Assembly: GCA_022837635.1 (NCBI GenBank)
Contig: JALHFY010000002.1
Coordinates: 69,055 to 133,054, forward strand
Direction: 5' to 3'
Length of the DNA: 64,000 nt
Source of the DNA: Candidatus Shapirobacteria bacterium
GTDB lineage: Bacteria; Patescibacteriota; Microgenomatia; UBA12405
Under the pieces are notes generated by a model that ran no database searches, had not been told where the DNA came from, and saw only the letters and a program-made list of their open reading frames with translations. Below are positions 58,929 through 64,000 of the stretch, one piece after another. A program made the translations under genes and the position numbers. The number at the start of each line of letters is the position of its first letter. Position 1 is the stretch's first letter.

Positions 58929-59750
58929 ATGAGAAAAGCTGCCATCTCTATTTTGTTGTTGGCATTGATGTTGATGTCCAACAGAGCAACTTTAGCTAGA
59001 AATAGATTAATTAGTCCCAGTCCAGAACCAACAGTATTACCAACGGCTACACCAGTACCTGAGTCGGTGAATATAACGGAAGCATACGATAAAAAATCAG
59101 AAAATATCAGCCCGTTATTGTCACTAGCGGTAGAGAAGGGAGTACCGGAAAATACGATAGTACTATTGTTATTATTGCCATTGGTGGCGACTCTAGTATC
59201 TTTTTTGCATTATGTGGTAGGAGTATCCGGTTATGGGATTTTTATGCCGACGATGGTATCGGTGGCGATGTTGGCCACCGGTTTAAGAACAGGTTTAGCC
59301 TTGTTTGTGGTAATTTTAGGATCGGGACTGATGAGTAACAGGTTGTTGAAGAGATTAAAATTACATTTTTGGCCAGCTCGGACAATTACTTTATTGATGA
59401 TTGCTTTAACGACTTTGATAACTATGTCAATAGCGGCTAGTTTAGGTATATTAGAAGTGGGTAAAATTTCTATTTTTCCGATGTTATTTATGATTTTATT
59501 GACAGAAGAATTTATCAGAACTCAGTTGGCTAAAAGCAAAAAGGAAGCAATGAGATTGACTTGGGGAACTTTGTTGTTGGCAACTATTGGTACCTTGACG
59601 ATGAGGATTCAAATGCTTCAGGATTTTGTGTTGAGGTATCCAGGTTGGGTAATACTATTAGTAATAGTTATTAACGTGATGGTGGGAAGTTATAGTGGAA
59701 TTAGAATGACAGAGATAAAGAGGTTTAAGGGAGCAATTAGAAAAAAGTAA
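58929..59750 (+). CDS. 7TM domain protein (inactive-transglutaminase-associated type)
   Basis: LLLLP..AT.V....VVG...GIFMP and SIFPM..MI...E motifs; adjacent to ATP-grasp genes. Confidence 0.75.
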   Translation: MRKAAISILLLALMLMSNRATLARNRLISPSPEPTVLPTATPVPESVNITEAYDKKSENISPLLSLAVEKGVPENTIVLLLLLPLVATLVSFLHYVVGVSGYGIFMPTMVSVAMLATGLRTGLALFVVILGSGLMSNRLLKRLKLHFWPARTITLLMIALTTLITMSIAASLGILEVGKISIFPMLFMILLTEEFIRTQLAKSKKEAMRLTWGTLLLATIGTLTMRIQMLQDFVLRYPGWVILLVIVINVMVGSYSGIRMTEIKRFKGAIRKK

Positions 59751-59782
59751 TTAGTTAATAGTAAATAGTTAGTAGTAAAATA

Positions 59783-61165
59783 ATGTTTAAGTTGAATCTA
59801 AGAGACTATCGGCAGTTTTTGACAAAAAACGAGAGGAATAAGGTGTATTTGCGTAAAAATAGTGCTGAAGGACGAGCAATTGCTGATAGTAAATTTAAGA
59901 CTAAAAATAGATTGATTAAGGCAGGAGTGGCGGTGCCGAAGTTGATAGCTAGGTTTAAGGATGATGAGGAGTTGATGGCTTTTAATTGGAAGCAAGTGAC
60001 AGCTAATTTTGTGATCAAACCGGTGACTGGTTATGGAGGAGAGGGAATTTTGATTTTTAGAAAAAAAGTGGGTGATGATAAATATCAACTAATGAACGGA
60101 AAGACAATGACTTTGGAAGAAATCATTCAGCATTGTCAGGAGATATTGCAAGGAAAATATAGTCTTCATAGTAGTCGTGATCATGTGATTATTGAAGAAA
60201 GGGTGAAGATTCATCCAATGTTTTTGGCGTTGACCAAGGCAGGAACGCCGGATGTGAGAGTGATAGTGGCCAATAAAGTACCGGTGATGGCCATGTTAAG
60301 AATTCCAACTGAAAGAAGTGGAGGCAAGGCTAATTTACAGCAGGGAGCATATGGGTTGGGAATAGATTTGGCAACTGGAATTACTACTTTTGGGATTGAA
60401 GGTAAGGGAGATGAGGTAAAAAGGATTTATGATTTTGGTAAGAAAAAAAATATCAAAGTTAATGGGATTAAGATTCCATTTTGGAAAGAAATATTGGAAA
60501 CTGCCGTAAAATCACAAGCGGCGATACCTGAGTTGGGGTTTTTGGGAGTGGATGTGGTTTTGGATAAAGATGAGGGACCAAAGGTGTTGGAAGTGAATGC
60601 TAGACCAGGATTGTCGATACAGATTTGTAATAAGGCAGGATTAAAAAGAAGAATTGAGAAAGTGGAGGATATTACAGTTAGAAGCGAAGAACATGCCATT
60701 TCTTTGGCTAAATATTTGTTTGGGGAAAAGTTTGCGGATAAGGTAGCAGAAAAAGAAAAGGTAAAAATGATTCAACCATTGGAAATTATCAAGGTTAAAA
60801 TCCCTAAGGGATTTGTGCCAGAGATAGATAAAGACAAGATTTTGAAGTTAAAGAAACATCGGGTGGTAGAAGTGAGGGCCAAGGTAGATACTGGAGCTTT
60901 CAGGAGTTCGATTGATAGAGATTTTGCTGTTAAAATAGGATTATTGTCAGCGGATAAAGTATTGTATTATCGGCATTATCGATCGAGTTTAGGACAAAAT
61001 AAAGACAGGCCGGTGATAGGAATTACTTTTTGGTTGCAAGGGAAAAAAGTAGTGACGGCGGTGAGTGTAGCTAATAGGCGAAAGTTGAGAACAAAATTTT
61101 TATTAGGTAGAAAAGACCTGGAAGGGTTTTTAATTTCAGCTAAAAAAGGAGGTAAAAATGACTAA
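59783..61165 (+). CDS. Sugar-transfer-associated ATP-grasp ligase fused to C-terminal retropepsin-like (RimB-type) protease
   Basis: VIKP..G.GG.GI, PDVRV, MAMLRIPT..S.GKANL.QG and LEVNARPGL motifs. C-terminal AKVDTGA.RSS..LLGR. Confidence 0.85.
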   Translation: MFKLNLRDYRQFLTKNERNKVYLRKNSAEGRAIADSKFKTKNRLIKAGVAVPKLIARFKDDEELMAFNWKQVTANFVIKPVTGYGGEGILIFRKKVGDDKYQLMNGKTMTLEEIIQHCQEILQGKYSLHSSRDHVIIEERVKIHPMFLALTKAGTPDVRVIVANKVPVMAMLRIPTERSGGKANLQQGAYGLGIDLATGITTFGIEGKGDEVKRIYDFGKKKNIKVNGIKIPFWKEILETAVKSQAAIPELGFLGVDVVLDKDEGPKVLEVNARPGLSIQICNKAGLKRRIEKVEDITVRSEEHAISLAKYLFGEKFADKVAEKEKVKMIQPLEIIKVKIPKGFVPEIDKDKILKLKKHRVVEVRAKVDTGAFRSSIDRDFAVKIGLLSADKVLYYRHYRSSLGQNKDRPVIGITFWLQGKKVVTAVSVANRRKLRTKFLLGRKDLEGFLISAKKGGKND

Positions 61166-62141
61166 AATAGCAGTCTTTTTTGGAGGTAAAATCAGTCGAC
61201 ACTTAGTGTTGGTGCGAAAAGCGGCAAAAAAGTTAGGAGTAGAACTGGATTTAATTTCGTATAATAAGGTTTTTTTTGATACTAAAAGTGGGCGGGTAGA
61301 ACTAAAAGGCAAAGATGCTGCGGATTATGATGTACTTTTTTTTAGAACTACGGGTAAACATTGGGAAGAGGTAGATTTAATATTGGAGAGTATTAAAGAA
61401 ACTGGAAAAAGGCCAGTGATTGTAGATCCGATAGTAGAACATGGAAAACCGAGTTTTGCTAAAAAGGCGTGGCAAATGTTGAGATTGACGGAGGCGGGAA
61501 TAGAAGTACCGAGAACTATTTATGGATCATTGTGGACGTTGTATGAGTGTATGTTAAATTTAAACTCTCGAAATGATTTTTGTGCCTCCTGTGAATGTGT
61601 CACCACGTTCAACGGAGTCAAAAAATCATCTTCTTCGAGTTTAAATTTAAATTTCCCAGTTATAGTTAAGGGTAGTGGGGGGAATAGAGGCGAGAGGGTG
61701 TTTAAGGCTAATAATTTAGAGGAGTTGGAAAAGTTGGTGAGGGAGTTGCGAAAATCGGAGACTGAGGAGGGGAGGCGGTATATGCTCCAGGAGTATATTG
61801 AAAATGATGGTGATTATCGGGTTTTGGTGATAGGTGATAAGGCTCTGGGGGCGATGAAACGCAGTAGTCAGAGTCGAAATGAATTTAGAAACAATTATAG
61901 TGCTGGAGGTAAAGTAGAAGTGGCGCAATTACCTCAGGAGATTTATGATTTAGCAGTAAGGGCGGCTAAAAGTTGTGGAATAGCGATTGCTGGGGTGGAC
62001 GTGGCTTTTCGAGACAAGGAAAGAAAGAGACCGGTGGTGTGGGAGGTGAACAAAGGCCCACAATTCAAAGGTTTTATGAAAGCGACGGGGATAGATGCCC
62101 CGGCTGAAATTGTTAAATATTTAGTATCTATTAAAAAATAA
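61158..62141 (+). CDS. RimK-family ATP-grasp ligase
   Basis: FPVIVK...G.RG, QEYI..D.RV, FRNNYSAGG and EVN..P.F.G motifs. In-frame palindrome insertion at 61554-61650. Confidence 0.9.
   Translation: MTKIAVFFGGKISRHLVLVRKAAKKLGVELDLISYNKVFFDTKSGRVELKGKDAADYDVLFFRTTGKHWEEVDLILESIKETGKRPVIVDPIVEHGKPSFAKKAWQMLRLTEAGIEVPRTIYGSLWTLYECMLNLNSRNDFCASCECVTTFNGVKKSSSSSLNLNFPVIVKGSGGNRGERVFKANNLEELEKLVRELRKSETEEGRRYMLQEYIENDGDYRVLVIGDKALGAMKRSSQSRNEFRNNYSAGGKVEVAQLPQEIYDLAVRAAKSCGIAIAGVDVAFRDKERKRPVVWEVNKGPQFKGFMKATGIDAPAEIVKYLVSIKK
61554..61650. repeat. 97-bp palindromic element inserted in frame in the RimK-like gene
   Basis: 14-bp inverted repeat TTAAATTTAAACTC/GAGTTTAAATTTAA plus inner ATGATTTTT/AAAAATCAT. 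Confidence 0.8.
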
Positions 62142-62142
62142 C

Positions 62143-62260
62143 CAATAACCAAAAAACAATTTCCAAACAAATTACAAATAACAAATCTCAAACTCTTGGT
62201 AATTTGGAATTTGAAAAATTGGAAATTGTTTGTATCTTGTGATTTTGGTTATTGGAATTT
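62143..62260. repeat. AT-rich imperfect inverted element (family D), empty-site version
   Basis: CCAATAACCAAAA ... TTTTGGTTATTGG ends; similar to 41047-41187. Confidence 0.8.
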
Positions 62261-62272
62261 ATAAAACACAAT

Positions 62273-63172
62273 ATGTCACATAAAAGAATAATTACTTTTA
62301 CAATGTCATTGAGACAGAGTCAGTTTGAAGTGAACAGATTGGTGACGGAAGCGGAGGCGATGGGGATTGAGGTTGATCGAGCTTTGTATAGAGAGTTGTC
62401 ATTTGATTTGAAAAATGGGGAAAGTAAGGTGTTTATTCGAGGTCAGGAGGTGCGACCGGAGGAGGTTTATGGATTATGGTTTAGGGTGGCGGGGACAAAA
62501 AGTGGTAAATATACTGAAGCTAGAAACTTAGCAATTCGGATTTTGGAAGCAAAGGGAGTGAAGTGTGTTAATAGTCGGACTTATTTGGCTTGGACTCGGA
62601 TGGGAAAAATTGCTCAACATGGGGTGTTTTTGCAAAACAGTATTCCTATAGTACCAACGAGAATTTTTTATACCAAAGATCAGATTTTAGAAGTGGACGA
62701 TTGGGAGTTTCCGGTAATTGCCAAGCATGAACGGGGTTTTCAAGGAAAATCGGTAAGGAAGTTTGAAAATAAGGAAGAGTTAGAAGTTTTTGTAGAGAGA
62801 ATTAATGAAAAGAATTTAGGTATGTTTTTGTGGCAAAAAACTTTACCGACTCGCTGGGATTTAAGAATTATTGTGGTTGATGGAGAGGCAATTGGGGCGA
62901 TGAAGAGGTCGGCAAATGATGGTGAATTTAGAAGCAATTTTTCTTTGGGAGGAGCGGTGGAACATTGGCAAATGGACAGTGAAGAAAAAGAATTAGCAGA
63001 AAAAGCGGCTAGAGTGTGTGGTTTGGATTATGGAGGGGTGGATATTATGAAAGACGGTGAGGGTAAAAATTATATTTTGGAAGTGAATCGTCAATGTCAG
63101 TTTCAAGGTTTTGAGAAAGCGACTGGTATTAATGTAGCTAAAAAAGTGGTGGAAATGATGATAAAAGATTAG
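62273..63172 (+). CDS. RimK-family ATP-grasp ligase
   Basis: FPVIAK...G.QG, D.RI, FRSNFSLGG, GVD and LEVN...F.GFE.ATG motifs. Confidence 0.9.
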   Translation: MSHKRIITFTMSLRQSQFEVNRLVTEAEAMGIEVDRALYRELSFDLKNGESKVFIRGQEVRPEEVYGLWFRVAGTKSGKYTEARNLAIRILEAKGVKCVNSRTYLAWTRMGKIAQHGVFLQNSIPIVPTRIFYTKDQILEVDDWEFPVIAKHERGFQGKSVRKFENKEELEVFVERINEKNLGMFLWQKTLPTRWDLRIIVVDGEAIGAMKRSANDGEFRSNFSLGGAVEHWQMDSEEKELAEKAARVCGLDYGGVDIMKDGEGKNYILEVNRQCQFQGFEKATGINVAKKVVEMMIKD

Positions 63173-63201
63173 TTTTCTGTGATATACTCTAAAGAACTTT
63201 A

Positions 63202-63275
63202 GGGTGATTAGCTCAGTTGGTTAGAGCACCGTCCTGATAAGACGGGGGTCAATAGTTCGAGTCTATTATCACCCA
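63202..63275 (+). tRNA. tRNA-Ile(GAT)
   Basis: Acceptor stem GGGTGAT/ATCACCC; anticodon loop CT-GAT-AA. Confidence 0.92.
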
Positions 63276-63427
63276 CACAGTGTAAAATAAGATATGCAAG
63301 AGAAACTAGAAAAGAGATGTAATTGGCTAAGGGTGGTGGGAGTAATTGGTGCTGGGATTTTGATTGTCTTTGGCAGTTTTGCCAATGCTTGGAGAACTCT
63401 GAAAATGACAATAGAGAAACTACGTAG

Positions 63428-64000
63428 TTAACTGTTGTCTTTAATCCATTTTTCTCTTTTAAGATAAAGGAAACCGAGGATTAAGACGGCCCCGATAACA
63501 GTCAGAAGACTTTCAATTTTATCGAGTCCGTGGGCTAAACCAGTAAAAGCTTCGCCCATTTGGTAACCGACAAAACCAAGAATAGTGGCTCGAATAAGCA
63601 GAGCCAGAAACATGACGGGATAGAATTTAGCGGGCTTAAAACGAAAAGCGCCACAAAAAGCAGAAATGAGGGAAACAGGAACCACGGGAATGGTGACGGC
63701 AATGAGCACAAAAAGTTCATCGGTAATGGTTTTTTGGAAATCAGCTTTGACTTTTTCAATTAATTTCCAGGAGATGCCGATATATTTACCAAATTTATCG
63801 ATTAAAGGTCGGCCGCCATAATAAGCTACTAGGAAAACTAAACTAGTACCGATGACGGCACCAATGGAATAGGGAATAGAAACTCGAGTGAATATCTGCC
63901 AAATGGCTTCAAAAATAGGTAGAGGGCGGTTGATGAGAAAGGCGCCGCCGGACATGGTGATGATGGGGGAAGGGATGGGAACGATGATTTGTTCAACAAC
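63428..64000 (-). CDS. DedA/VTT-family membrane protein (start beyond window end)
   Basis: Frame is open to the window edge (VEQIIVPIPSP...); Y..GR..I.KFGKY motif. Confidence 0.8.
   Translation of the reverse strand, partial: VVEQIIVPIPSPIITMSGGAFLINRPLPIFEAIWQIFTRVSIPYSIGAVIGTSLVFLVAYYGGRPLIDKFGKYIGISWKLIEKVKADFQKTITDELFVLIAVTIPVVPVSLISAFCGAFRFKPAKFYPVMFLALLIRATILGFVGYQMGEAFTGLAHGLDKIESLLTVIGAVLILGFLYLKREKWIKDNS

Overview
This window looks like chromosomal DNA of a Patescibacteria (CPR) bacterium, probably Microgenomates. That placement is inferred from gene content; genetic code 11 is used. It spans the replication-origin region (dnaN-dnaA / rpmH-rnpA-yidD-yidC-jag) and carries housekeeping genes (mutM, trxB, ftsH, mscL, pepF, trmH) and four tRNAs. 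It also has a split CPR-type T4SS-like locus (PrgI/VirB4/M23 plus VirB6-like and six tandem pilins), an ATP-grasp/RimK cluster and a probable type II R-M pair behind a tRNA. The best candidate for an undescribed system is a 5.2-kb, seven-gene operon (729-5812) bounded by a 65-bp direct repeat of the 3' end of a VOC gene. It encodes an FAD-oxidoreductase/all-alpha dUTPase-like fusion, a deviant ThyX, a dNMP kinase, a minimal thymidylate-synthase-fold enzyme with the cytosine-type Asp, a deviant UDG-family glycosylase, a GT2 and a NUDIX hydrolase. Together these suggest a pyrimidine (hyper)modification pathway paired with a glycosylase. Two further signals stand out. Several families of short palindromic or heptamer elements are inserted in frame into proteins, and one family sits as an inverted pair in front of a DUF559 nuclease gene. 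Many genes also show an apparently leaderless promoter layout, with TAnAAT 5-8 nt before the ATG. All functional calls come from motif recognition by eye; no database searches were run.
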